Assembly: GCA_003696105.1 (NCBI GenBank)
Contig: RFGE01000087.1
Location: 3,705 to 67,704 of the forward strand
Origin: Deltaproteobacteria bacterium
Lineage (GTDB): Bacteria; Myxococcota_A; Polyangia; Haliangiales; J016
Reading direction: 5' to 3'
DNA length: 64,000 bases
A program made the translations under genes and the position numbers. Within the stretch, counting starts at the first letter, position 1. Each line of letters begins with the position of its first letter. The notes beneath the pieces were generated by a model. That model did not search any database and was not told the origin of the DNA. It was given only the letters and a program-made list of their open reading frames with translations. This document shows positions 31,644-41,866 of this stretch, piece by piece.

Positions 31644-33134
31644 TCAGAACACCTGCTTGCGCTTGGACGAGCTCAGGATCCCCATCTGTTCTCGGTACTT
31701 GGCCACCGTCCGGCGCGCGATGTCGATGTTTTGCTCCTTGAGGAGCTGCACGATCTTCTGATCGGAATACGGGCGCTGCTTCGGCTCGTTGTCGATGATC
31801 TCCTTGATCTTCTGCTTGACCGCCTGCGATGCGAGGTCTTCGCCGTTGGTGCGGGAGATCCCAGAGTTGAAGAAAAACTTGAGTTCGAAGATGCCCTGCG
31901 GCGTATGCACGTACTTGTTGGTCGTCACGCGCGAAATCGTGGACTCGTGCATGCCGATGTCTTCGGCCACATCGCGCAAGATCAGCGGCTTGAGGTGCGC
32001 GATCCCCTTGTCGAAGAAGTCGCGCTGAAACTTGATGATCGACTCGGTGACCTTGATGATCGTCCGCTGCCGCTGCTGAATCGACCGGATGAGCCACTGC
32101 GCGGACCGCAACTTCTCCTGGATGTACTCCTTGGTGCCGTCGCCCTTTTCGAACGCCGCGCGGTAGAAGTTGCTGATCTTGAGCTTCGGCAGGCCGTCGT
32201 CGTTGGGCACGACGAAGTATTTGTCGCCGACCTTGTGGACGTAGACGTCCGGCGTGATGTACCGCGGCTCGTCCAGCGAGTACTGCCGCCCCGGCCGCGG
32301 ATCGAACTCCATGATCACCTTCGCCGCCTCGTAGATCTCCTCGAGCGGAGCCTTCAGGTCGCGCGCGATCGCCTGGTAGTTCTTCTTTTCGAGGTTGCCG
32401 AGATGGTCCTTGATGATCTTGACGACCAGATCGTCGTCCTCACCGTAGTGGATCGCCTGGATGAGCATGCACTCGGCCAGGCTGCGCGCGCCGACGCCGA
32501 TCGGATCGAACCCCTGAATCGTCTCGAGGACCTCCTCGGCGACCTCCTCGGATACGCCGGCCTCGGCAGCGATTTCGGACAGCGGCGGCTCCTTCAGGTA
32601 GCCATCGCTGTCGAGGTTGCCGAGGATCAGCATGCCCACCCGCATCCGGTCCTCGTCGAGTTCGGTCATCTTGAGTTGCCACGCCAGATGCTCGAACAAG
32701 GACTCGCCGCGGGTGAGGGTGGCCTCGTAGCCGGGTAGATCGTCGTTGTCCGGCCGGTACGACGGCATCGGCGGCGCCGTCGAGTAGCTCTCCAGGTAGC
32801 TTTCCCAGTCGATCTCGTTGACCGCGCTGTCGTCGGCCTTGACCTCCTTTTCCGCCTCGGCCGCCGGAACTTCGGTCACGGGAGTCTCGGTCGCGCCAGC
32901 CTGCTCGACCTTGGCGGCGACGTCCGCGTCATCGCCCACCCGGCTCTCCTCCTTGGCCCCCACGCCGGTGAGTTCGACGTCGTCCTCCAGTACCGGGTTT
33001 TCGAGCATTTCCTCGCGGACGAGGTCCACGAGTTCCATCCGAGACAGCTGCAGCAGCTTGATGGCCTGCTGGAGCTGAGGCGTCATGACAAGCTGCTGGG
33101 ACAGCTTGAGGTCAATCCTCATTTCCATGGCCAT
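31644..33134 (-). CDS. rpoN: RNA polymerase sigma-54 factor
   Basis: The start MAMEMRIDLKLSQQLVMTPQLQQAIKLLQLS is region I. An acidic region II follows, with the C-terminal RpoN box ARRTVAKYREQM. A GAGGAG Shine-Dalgarno sequence lies ~10 nt upstream of ATG 33134. Confidence 0.92.
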   Translation of the reverse strand: MAMEMRIDLKLSQQLVMTPQLQQAIKLLQLSRMELVDLVREEMLENPVLEDDVELTGVGAKEESRVGDDADVAAKVEQAGATETPVTEVPAAEAEKEVKADDSAVNEIDWESYLESYSTAPPMPSYRPDNDDLPGYEATLTRGESLFEHLAWQLKMTELDEDRMRVGMLILGNLDSDGYLKEPPLSEIAAEAGVSEEVAEEVLETIQGFDPIGVGARSLAECMLIQAIHYGEDDDLVVKIIKDHLGNLEKKNYQAIARDLKAPLEEIYEAAKVIMEFDPRPGRQYSLDEPRYITPDVYVHKVGDKYFVVPNDDGLPKLKISNFYRAAFEKGDGTKEYIQEKLRSAQWLIRSIQQRQRTIIKVTESIIKFQRDFFDKGIAHLKPLILRDVAEDIGMHESTISRVTTNKYVHTPQGIFELKFFFNSGISRTNGEDLASQAVKQKIKEIIDNEPKQRPYSDQKIVQLLKEQNIDIARRTVAKYREQMGILSSSKRKQVF

Positions 33135-33195
33135 ATGACTGAATCTCCTCGCTTTCTCGGCCGGCGGAGCCGCGTTTGGCGTCCATGATAGCGGT

Positions 33196-33211
33196 TGGCA
33201 CCGCATTTGTA
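33196..33211 (+). promoter_or_regulatory. sigma54-type -24/-12 element (near-consensus), divergent from rpoN
   Basis: TGGCAC-cgcat-TTGTA has an exact -24 hexamer and correct 5-nt spacing, with TTGT at -12 instead of TTGC. Confidence 0.4.
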
Positions 33212-33229
33212 CAGGCTTGACAAACGCGA

Positions 33230-33245
33230 TGGCACCAGTATTGCA
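33230..33245 (+). promoter_or_regulatory. sigma54-type -24/-12 element (consensus), divergent from rpoN
   Basis: TGGCAC-cagta-TTGCA matches the TGGCAC-N5-TTGCW consensus exactly. It lies 96 nt upstream of the rpoN start codon on the opposite strand. Confidence 0.55.
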
Positions 33246-33316
33246 AGAACACCCTTGACACGGCCGGCCGAGTTGTGCGTCGCCCGCCGCGGGCCGGCGC
33301 GGCTGCAAACGGACCC

Positions 33317-33401
33317 GCACGTGCTCGCGCGTCACCGCCCGCGCCGACTCGGCACGCGCTCGCGCGTCACCGCCCGCGCCGACTCGGCACGCGCTCGCGC
33401 G
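33317..33401. repeat. perfect 35-bp tandem duplication (2 full copies plus partial flanks) spanning the stop codon of the W-rich lipoprotein gene
   Basis: gctcgcgcgtcaccgcccgcgccgactcggcacgc occurs at 33323-33357 and again at 33358-33392. Each copy holds the palindrome GCCGACTCGGC. The copies explain why two listed minus-strand ORFs both end in ..RERVPSRRGR. Confidence 0.95.
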
Positions 33402-33936
33402 GCCGTCCGGCGCGATGGTCCCGCACCACGGGCCCCGCTTTCACCCACGGGCCTGGAACCCACGTGGTGCGCCCGTCCGCGCCGCGGGTCCAATACCCGG
33501 GCTTCCATACGTGCCCGGCCCGCGCACGAACCCAGCGGCCCGGAACCCACACGTACCGGCCGCCGCGCCACGCCCAGTGGCCGCGCAGCCACACGTAGCC
33601 CGGCCGCGCGCGCACCCACCGGCCCGGAACCCACACCCACCGCCCCGCCTGCACGACCCAGTACCCCTGGATGTAGACGTAGCCCGGCCGCGCCGGCAGC
33701 CAGTAGCCGGGCCGCCATACCCACTGCCCGTCCACCCACTCCCAGTGGCCCTCGACCCACACGTAGCCGTCGCGCGCTACCCAGTAGACGGCATCGTCCG
33801 GCGGCGGCGGCGGGCCGATCGAGACGCCGACCGAAGCGCTCGACACGGTCGCCCCGCCGCACCCGGTCACCGCGGCGCCGGCGAGCGCGACCGCCAGGAC
33901 CATCCCCAAGATCGTCCAGCGATGCGACGTCCTCAT
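33367..33936 (-). CDS. lipoprotein with Trp/Tyr-rich PGYxW-type repeats (YXWGXW-repeat-like)
   Basis: The internal ATG gives MRTSHRWTILGMVLAVALAGAAVTGC (lipobox). Repeats follow: RPGYWLPARPGYVYIQGYW, WVPGRWVRARPGYVWLRGHW and WVPGRWVRARAGHVWKPGYW. Confidence 0.75.
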   Translation of the reverse strand: MRTSHRWTILGMVLAVALAGAAVTGCGGATVSSASVGVSIGPPPPPDDAVYWVARDGYVWVEGHWEWVDGQWVWRPGYWLPARPGYVYIQGYWVVQAGRWVWVPGRWVRARPGYVWLRGHWAWRGGRYVWVPGRWVRARAGHVWKPGYWTRGADGRTTWVPGPWVKAGPVVRDHRAGRPRERVPSRRGR

Positions 33937-34039
33937 GGCGTACCTCCGTCTGCGCGACAACGTAATCACCGGCGGACGGCGCGCCACTCCGCAGGCCGCG
34001 CACGCGCGATAGCCCGTGCCCGGCCGCGACTCGACGCCG

Positions 34040-35761
<1,722 letters not shown>

Positions 35762-35935
35762 TCAACCGCAAACTCGCCGGCGGTCGGCCCGCCGGCGCAC
35801 GCCGTCGGCTTCGGTCCCGCCGCGGCTCGCCCCGTCATCGGGCCGTTCTTCGCACGCGGCTGTGACATGCGCCCGCCCGGCCGCCGGCCGCCGGCACCGC
35901 GCAGGCCGCGACAGCCGCCCGCGCCCGCGGCGCGT

Positions 35936-36448
35936 TCACGCGACCTGGCGCTGCTCGGCCTCGCGCGCCATCTCCCACAGCGTCTTGTTGTACGCGGAGA
36001 CCTCGACCGCGCGCGGATCGTCCTGTCGCCAGATGTGGATGGCGTCGTACGGACAGTCGAGTTCGCACACCGTGCAGCCGGTGCACTTCTTCATCTCGAT
36101 GACGGCGACGGTGGCCGCGATGCCGCCGTTGCCGCGCACGGCCGGCGGCGCCGGCTCCATCGTGATGCAGTCGAACGGGCAGCTGTTCGCGCAGTACACG
36201 CAACCGGTGCACTTTTCGAGTTCGACGTACGCCTTGGGCCGCTGGTTGGCCTTGAGCTGCTCGCACAACCGCCCGTACGTGTCGAGGATCGATGCGTCCG
36301 GGCACACCACGCCGCACGCGCCGCAGTCGATGCACAGCTCGGGGTCGATGTAGTACATGTCCTTCTTGACCCCGTGGATCGCGCGGGTCGGACAGCGCCG
36401 CTCGCAGGCGCTACAGCCCGTGCATGCATCGATGATGGTGTACGGCAT
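35936..36448 (-). CDS. ferredoxin-like protein with four 4Fe-4S binding motifs
   Basis: The start is MPYTIIDACTGCSACERRCP. Further motifs are CIDCGACGVVCP, CTGCVYCANSCP and CTGCTVCELDCP, in 170 aa. The upstream part of the listed ORF is R/G-rich junk. Confidence 0.8.
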   Translation of the reverse strand: MPYTIIDACTGCSACERRCPTRAIHGVKKDMYYIDPELCIDCGACGVVCPDASILDTYGRLCEQLKANQRPKAYVELEKCTGCVYCANSCPFDCITMEPAPPAVRGNGGIAATVAVIEMKKCTGCTVCELDCPYDAIHIWRQDDPRAVEVSAYNKTLWEMAREAEQRQVA

Positions 36449-36554
36449 CGCGGTACGTATAGCTTGACACAGGTGGGCGGTCAAACCCAGGCCGGCCCCC
36501 TGGGCGCGCGAAACGACGCGCAACCAACCGATATCACTCGACGGTGAGTCGGCG

Positions 36555-38087
36555 TCAGGGCCACCGCGACCCGGCGAGCCGCCACGCCGGGATCGCGCCC
36601 GCCGCCGGGCGGCCATCCCCCGGAATCGCCCGCGACGCCACGCCGTGGGCCGGGTGCGCGTCGATCGCCGCGGCCGCGAGCGCCACGTCGAGCAGCGGGC
36701 CGTCCGCCGCGGTCGGCCCGCACAGCGCCTCCGCCTCGCGATCGATGAAGCCCGTGTCGTAGCGACCGGCGACGAACTCGGGGTGGCGGACGCACCGCCG
36801 GTGGAACGCCAGATTCGTGTCGATGCCGCCGACCGCGTACTCGTCCAGCGCGCGGCGCATGCGCGCGACCGCCTCGGCCCGATCGCGCCCCCACACGATC
36901 AGCTTGGAAATCATCGGATCGTAGTGCGCGGTGATCTCGCTGCCCTCGTAGACTCCCGCGTCGTTCCGCACGTAGGGGCCGGACGGCACGCGCAGCCGCG
37001 TGATCGTGCCCGGCGACGGCAGGAACCGCCGCGGATCCTCGGCGTAGATACGGCACTCGATCGCGGCGCCGCGGCGCGCGGCGTCGATCTCGGCCTGCGC
37101 CATCGGCAGCCGCCCGCCGGCGGCGACGTCGAGCTGCCACGCGACGAGGTCCACTCCGTAGAGCAGTTCGGTCACCGGATGTTCGACCTGCAACCGCGTG
37201 TTCATCTCGAGGAAGTAGAACGAGCCGTCGGCCGCGAGCAGGAATTCGACGGTGCCGGCGCCGACGTAGTTCACGGCGCGCGCGGCGCGCACCGCCACGT
37301 CGCCCATGCGCGCCCGCAGGCCGGCGTCGACCGCGGGCGACGGCGCCTCCTCGATCACCTTCTGATGGCGCCGCTGGATCGAACAGTCGCGCTCCCCGAG
37401 ATGGACGACGTTGCCGTGGTCGTCGGCGAATACCTGGATCTCGACGTGGCGCGGCCGCTCGATCGCCTTTTCGATGTACACCGCCTCGTCCCCGAACGCG
37501 GCCACCGCCTCGCGGCGCGCGCCGTCGAACGCCGCGGCGAACGCCGTTTCGTCCGCCACGAGCCGCATGCCCTTGCCGCCGCCGCCGGCCGACGCCTTCA
37601 GCAGCACGGGAAAGCCGATGGCGCGCGCCGCCTCGAGCGCCGCCTCCGTCGACGGGAACCCGCGCCCGTCCGGGCCGTTGTCGCCGGGGACGACCGGCAC
37701 GCCGGCCGCCGCCATCGCCGCGCGCGCTGCGGTCTTGCTGCCCATGGCGCGGATCGCCGCCGCCGGCGGCCCGACGAACGTGACGCCGGCGCGCGCGCAC
37801 GCGTCGGCAAACTCCGCGTTTTCCGACAAGAACCCGTAGCCGGGATGCACCGCGTCGGCGCCGGTGTCGCGGCACGCGCGCAGGATGCGGTCGATGTCGA
37901 GATAGCTCTGGGCCGCCGGCGGCGGCCCGACGCACACCGCGCGGTCTGCCATCAGCACGTGCGGTGCGAGCCGGTCCGCCTCGCTGAAGACGGCCACCGT
38001 CTCGAGGCCGCGCTCGCGGCACGTGCGCATGACGCGCACCGCGATCTCGCCCCGGTTCGCGACGAGCACTCGGCGAAACGACGACAT
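36555..38087 (-). CDS. accC: biotin carboxylase (ATP-grasp) subunit of a biotin-dependent carboxylase
   Basis: 510 aa. Motifs are RVLVANRGEIAVRVMRT, GGGGKGMR, EMNTRLQVEHPVTE and the C-terminal biotin-carboxylase domain. No BCCP or carboxyltransferase gene is adjacent. Confidence 0.85.
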   Translation of the reverse strand: MSSFRRVLVANRGEIAVRVMRTCRERGLETVAVFSEADRLAPHVLMADRAVCVGPPPAAQSYLDIDRILRACRDTGADAVHPGYGFLSENAEFADACARAGVTFVGPPAAAIRAMGSKTAARAAMAAAGVPVVPGDNGPDGRGFPSTEAALEAARAIGFPVLLKASAGGGGKGMRLVADETAFAAAFDGARREAVAAFGDEAVYIEKAIERPRHVEIQVFADDHGNVVHLGERDCSIQRRHQKVIEEAPSPAVDAGLRARMGDVAVRAARAVNYVGAGTVEFLLAADGSFYFLEMNTRLQVEHPVTELLYGVDLVAWQLDVAAGGRLPMAQAEIDAARRGAAIECRIYAEDPRRFLPSPGTITRLRVPSGPYVRNDAGVYEGSEITAHYDPMISKLIVWGRDRAEAVARMRRALDEYAVGGIDTNLAFHRRCVRHPEFVAGRYDTGFIDREAEALCGPTAADGPLLDVALAAAAIDAHPAHGVASRAIPGDGRPAAGAIPAWRLAGSRWP

Positions 38088-38143
38088 GGGGCGGACTGTA
38101 CACCACCGCCAGCGCCCGGCGATCCGCGCTATGCTCGCGCGCG

Positions 38144-39424
38144 ATGGCGGTCGTGCTCAGCTACCGGGTCGCCGAAGCGGGGTCGAAGGTGTACGTGCTC
38201 GCGCGGGTCGCGATCGGGGGGGACGACGGCACGGGCGGCGCCGACCGAACGCCGGTCAACCTCGCGCTGGTGGTGGACCAGTCGTCGTCGATGCGCGGGC
38301 CGCGGTTCGCCCAGGCGGTGCGCGCGGTGCGCGAGGTCGCCAGCCGACTCGACGCGCGCGACCGCCTGGCGCTCGTGCTGTTCGACGGCACCGCGCGCGT
38401 CGCGTTCGGGCCGGCGCCGCTGTCCGACGACCGGCGCGCCGAGCTGGCGGAGCTGCTCGACGCCGCGCGCACGGGGATCGGCACGAACCTGGCCGCCGGC
38501 TGGAAGAAGGGCGTCGAGGCGGTCGCGTCGGGATTCGTCCGCGGCGCGATCGCGCGCGTCGTGTTGCTCACCGACGGGCAGCCGTCGGTCGGCATCACTG
38601 ACGCGAGCCGCCTCGCAGAGCTGGCCGAGGCAGAGGCGGCGCGCGGCGTGACCACGACCTGCATGGGCATCGGCGAGACGTTCGACGACGAACTGCTCGG
38701 CGAGATCGCGCGGCGCGGCGGCGGCGGGTTCTACTTCCTCGAGCGCCCCGAGTCGATCCCGGCCGCGTTCGGCAGCGAACTCGCGGGCGTCTTCGCCATC
38801 GGCGCGCGGCAGGCGGAGCTGAAGCTGGTGCCCGACGAGGACGTCGTGTCGGTCGAGGTACTCCACCGGCTGCCCGCGCGCCCCGCGGGCGACGGACTCG
38901 TCGTCCACCTCGGCGACGTCGCCGGCGGGCCGCCGCGCCAGGTGCTGTTCTGCGTGCACCGCGAGCCGGGCACCGCGTCGCGGCGCGTCGGCACGCTCGC
39001 GCTCACCTGCCGCAACGCCGACGGCTCGCCCGGCGACGGCCATATCCTCGGCGTGGAACTGCCGCCCGTGCCGCTGCACGAGGACGCGGCCGCGGTCATC
39101 CTCGAGCGCCTGCGGCTCGTCGTCGCGTCCGCGGTCGACGAGGCGTGGGCGCGCCGCGGCCATCGCGACCGCCGGGCGGCCGACGGCGCGCTCGCCCGCG
39201 CGCGCCGCGAGGTGGCGGACGCGCGCGCCGCGCACCGCCTCGACCCGGCCGCGGTCGACGAGTTGCTGGACGACATCGCGCGAGCCGAACGCGCGCTCGC
39301 CGGCGGCGCGGCGGAGCGCGAGCGCGCGCGGCGTGGCCTGCGAGAACGCAGCCAGCTCACCCTGCTCGGTCACTCGAGCGTGCGGCCTCTGCCGGAGGCC
39401 GACGACGACACCGGCGCCGAGTGA
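38144..39424 (+). CDS. von Willebrand factor A domain protein
   Basis: 426 aa. The MIDAS motif is LALVVDQSSSM (DxSxS). VVLLTDGQPS is also present, and the C-terminal region is helical and Arg/Ala-rich. Confidence 0.8.
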   Translation: MAVVLSYRVAEAGSKVYVLARVAIGGDDGTGGADRTPVNLALVVDQSSSMRGPRFAQAVRAVREVASRLDARDRLALVLFDGTARVAFGPAPLSDDRRAELAELLDAARTGIGTNLAAGWKKGVEAVASGFVRGAIARVVLLTDGQPSVGITDASRLAELAEAEAARGVTTTCMGIGETFDDELLGEIARRGGGGFYFLERPESIPAAFGSELAGVFAIGARQAELKLVPDEDVVSVEVLHRLPARPAGDGLVVHLGDVAGGPPRQVLFCVHREPGTASRRVGTLALTCRNADGSPGDGHILGVELPPVPLHEDAAAVILERLRLVVASAVDEAWARRGHRDRRAADGALARARREVADARAAHRLDPAAVDELLDDIARAERALAGGAAERERARRGLRERSQLTLLGHSSVRPLPEADDDTGAE

Positions 39425-39488
39425 CGTGCCGCACGCCGCCCCGCGAGCGCGCGCTTGACCCGGTCGAAAACCGCTTCACACTGATCGA

Positions 39489-40031
39489 GTGGACTACCGG
39501 CGCTTCGAGCGCGAGTTCCTGCGGCTCGCATTCACCACCCCCATCGAGCTGTCCCCGGCGTCGGTAGCGTTCTACACGGGCGTGTCGGTGCGCGAGGCGG
39601 AACAGCACATGCAGCGCCTCGTCGACCTCGGCGTGCTCGAGGTCGCCAGCGACGACGACGGTCACATCAAGTACCGCATGCCCGACCGGCCGCCGTCGCC
39701 GGTCGGCGCCCCCGGCGCACCGCCGCCCTACCCGGCCCCGCCTCCTCACGCGCCGCCTCGCGCGATCGTCGTGCGCGGCGGCCGCGGGCTCGCGCCGAGT
39801 CCGGTGACGCCCGGTCAAGCGACCGCCGCCATGTTCCTCAACGCGATGGTCTGCCCGGGGATTGGCAGCCTGGTCGCCGGCCGCACGCGGGCGGGCATCG
39901 GCCAGCTCGCGCTGTTCGCGCTCGGCGTGCCGCTCATCGTCGTGGCGATCGGCCTGCCGATGATCGTCGCGGCGTGGACGTGGGGCGTCGCGACCGGCGC
40001 GCAGCTCATCGCCGAAGCCAACGGCGGCTGA
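39489..40031 (+). CDS. hypothetical protein: N-terminal winged-helix-like segment, Pro-rich linker, C-terminal two-TM domain
   Basis: 180 aa. FYTGVSVREAEQHMQRLVDLGVLEV is HTH-like. PPPYPAPPPHAPP forms the linker. The hydrophobic C-terminus is NAMVCPGIGSLVAG..GQLALFALGVPLIVVAIGLPMIVAAW. Confidence 0.55.
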   Translation: MDYRRFEREFLRLAFTTPIELSPASVAFYTGVSVREAEQHMQRLVDLGVLEVASDDDGHIKYRMPDRPPSPVGAPGAPPPYPAPPPHAPPRAIVVRGGRGLAPSPVTPGQATAAMFLNAMVCPGIGSLVAGRTRAGIGQLALFALGVPLIVVAIGLPMIVAAWTWGVATGAQLIAEANGG

Positions 40032-40046
40032 CGCCGGCGGCGGGCG

Positions 40047-41804
40047 TCACCGCGCGGCCGCGGCGGGCCAGCCGAGCTTGCGCGGGTCGCTCGCCGCCTC
40101 GCGCGTTCCGTCCGGGCGCACCACGATTAGTTGTACCGCCGACGAGTTGCGCCAGCCGGCGTCGACGCGGTGGCCGCGCAGCCGCAGCAGGGTCACCACG
40201 TCGCGAGGCACCTCGGCCTCGACGCGCAGGACGTCGGGTTTCCACTGGTGGTGGATGCGCGGCGCCGCCACGGCTTCCGCCGCGTCCATCCCGTAGACGA
40301 ACACGTTGAGCAGCACCTGCACGACGTTGGAGATGATGCGCGGGCCGCCCGAGCCACCCGCGCACGCGATCACCCGGTCGCCGTCGAACACCAGCGTCGG
40401 CGACATCGAGGACAGCGGACGCTTGCCGCCGCCGACGAGATTGGCGTCGCTCTGCACCAAGCCGAATGCGTTGGGCACACCCGACCGCAGCGAGAAGTCG
40501 TCGATTTCGTTGTTGAGGATGACACCGGATCGCGCGCCGACGACCCCCGAACCGAACTCGAGGTTGATCGTCGTGGTCAACGAAACTGCGTTGCCGTCGG
40601 CGTCGATCACGCAAAGATGGCTGGTGCCGGCGTCGCCGGCCGGCGCGCCGGCCCCGCCGAGTCCGGGATCGCCGTAGCGATCGATGTCGTCCACCGACAG
40701 CGGGTTGATGCGACGGGCGAGCTGCCGCAGTCGGTCGCGATCGAGAAATCGCTCCGGCGACACGAGCGCGGCGCCCGCGTCGCCGAGCAGGCGGGCGCGG
40801 TCGGCGAACGCATGTTTGAGCGCCTCCGCGGTCAAGTGCAGCGCCGCCGACGAACCGGCGCCGAGCTGAGCCAAATCCCAGCCGCCCGCCTCGAGGATGC
40901 CGAGAGCCGCGAGCGCCGTGAGTCCGCCCGACGACGGCAGCGGCATCGCTGCGATCCGCAGACCGCGCCACGTGCCCCACAACGGCTGCGGCTCGCGTAC
41001 GCGGTAGCCGGCGAGGTCCGCGAGCGTCATCACGCCGCCGCGTCGCACCACCGCGGCGACGAGATCGCGCGCCACCCACCCGGCGTAGAACCCGCGCGCG
41101 CCGCGCCGCGCGATCGCGTCGAGCGTGCGCGCCAGGCGCGGCCGGCGCACGACGGCGCCCGGCTCGACCCGCGCGAGCTGCGCGCGCAACGACGCGTCCA
41201 CCTCCTGCCGATCGCGCCACGCGGCCGCCTGCGCCGCGAAAAACGGGTCGGCGCGGAACCCGCGTCGCGCCAGCGCGATCGCCGGCGCGACGGCGCGCCG
41301 AAACGGCAGGCGCCCGTGACGGCGGGAGATCGCCTCGAGGCCGGCCACTTCTCCCGGCACGGCGACCGCCAGCCCGCCGGCGCGCGACAGCGACGGATCG
41401 ACCTCGCCCCCGGGCGCGAACGCATCCGGCGTGAGCGCCGCCGGCGCCTGCTCGCGGAAGTCGTATGCGAACACGGTCCGCCGGCGCGCGTCGTAGACCA
41501 GCGCGAACCCGCCGCCGCCGATGCCCGACGACGCCGGCCGGACCACGCCGAGCGCCAGCGCGGTCGCCACCGCGGCGTCGGCCGCGTTGCCGCCGGCCGC
41601 CAGCACGCGCGCGCCCACTCGCGCGGCCTCGGGGTGGTCTGCGGCGACGACGCCGCCGCGTGTGCGCACCGGCGGATGAGAGCGTGCCGTCGCGATCGAT
41701 GCCGCGCCCCAGACCGCGACGGCCGCGAGGGCCCATGTGGCGCGGTGTAGGTGCGGACGCGCGTGGCGACCCGAGCGATTTGCAAATGGGCGCGTCCTGC
41801 TCAT
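40047..41804 (-). CDS. ggt: gamma-glutamyltranspeptidase
   Basis: The autoprocessing site is GTSHLCVIDADGNAVSLTTTIN. SSGIGGGGF and a signal-like N-terminus from MSRTRPF... are present. An alternative start lies at 41840. Confidence 0.88.
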   Translation of the reverse strand: MSRTRPFANRSGRHARPHLHRATWALAAVAVWGAASIATARSHPPVRTRGGVVAADHPEAARVGARVLAAGGNAADAAVATALALGVVRPASSGIGGGGFALVYDARRRTVFAYDFREQAPAALTPDAFAPGGEVDPSLSRAGGLAVAVPGEVAGLEAISRRHGRLPFRRAVAPAIALARRGFRADPFFAAQAAAWRDRQEVDASLRAQLARVEPGAVVRRPRLARTLDAIARRGARGFYAGWVARDLVAAVVRRGGVMTLADLAGYRVREPQPLWGTWRGLRIAAMPLPSSGGLTALAALGILEAGGWDLAQLGAGSSAALHLTAEALKHAFADRARLLGDAGAALVSPERFLDRDRLRQLARRINPLSVDDIDRYGDPGLGGAGAPAGDAGTSHLCVIDADGNAVSLTTTINLEFGSGVVGARSGVILNNEIDDFSLRSGVPNAFGLVQSDANLVGGGKRPLSSMSPTLVFDGDRVIACAGGSGGPRIISNVVQVLLNVFVYGMDAAEAVAAPRIHHQWKPDVLRVEAEVPRDVVTLLRLRGHRVDAGWRNSSAVQLIVVRPDGTREAASDPRKLGWPAAAAR

Positions 41805-41866
41805 ACACTTAAACACACTTCGAATCTCGCCGGTTTGCAATGGGGTGACGGCGAGAGGAGCGCTAC

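Noticed and set aside
33195-33965. 256-aa plus-strand ORF starting right at the sigma54-type promoters
   Set aside because: The promoter position is tempting, but the product is R/P/T/S-rich and fully antisense to the W-rich repeat lipoprotein, whose frame has a lipobox and a regular repeat structure. If anything is transcribed here it is more likely non-coding.
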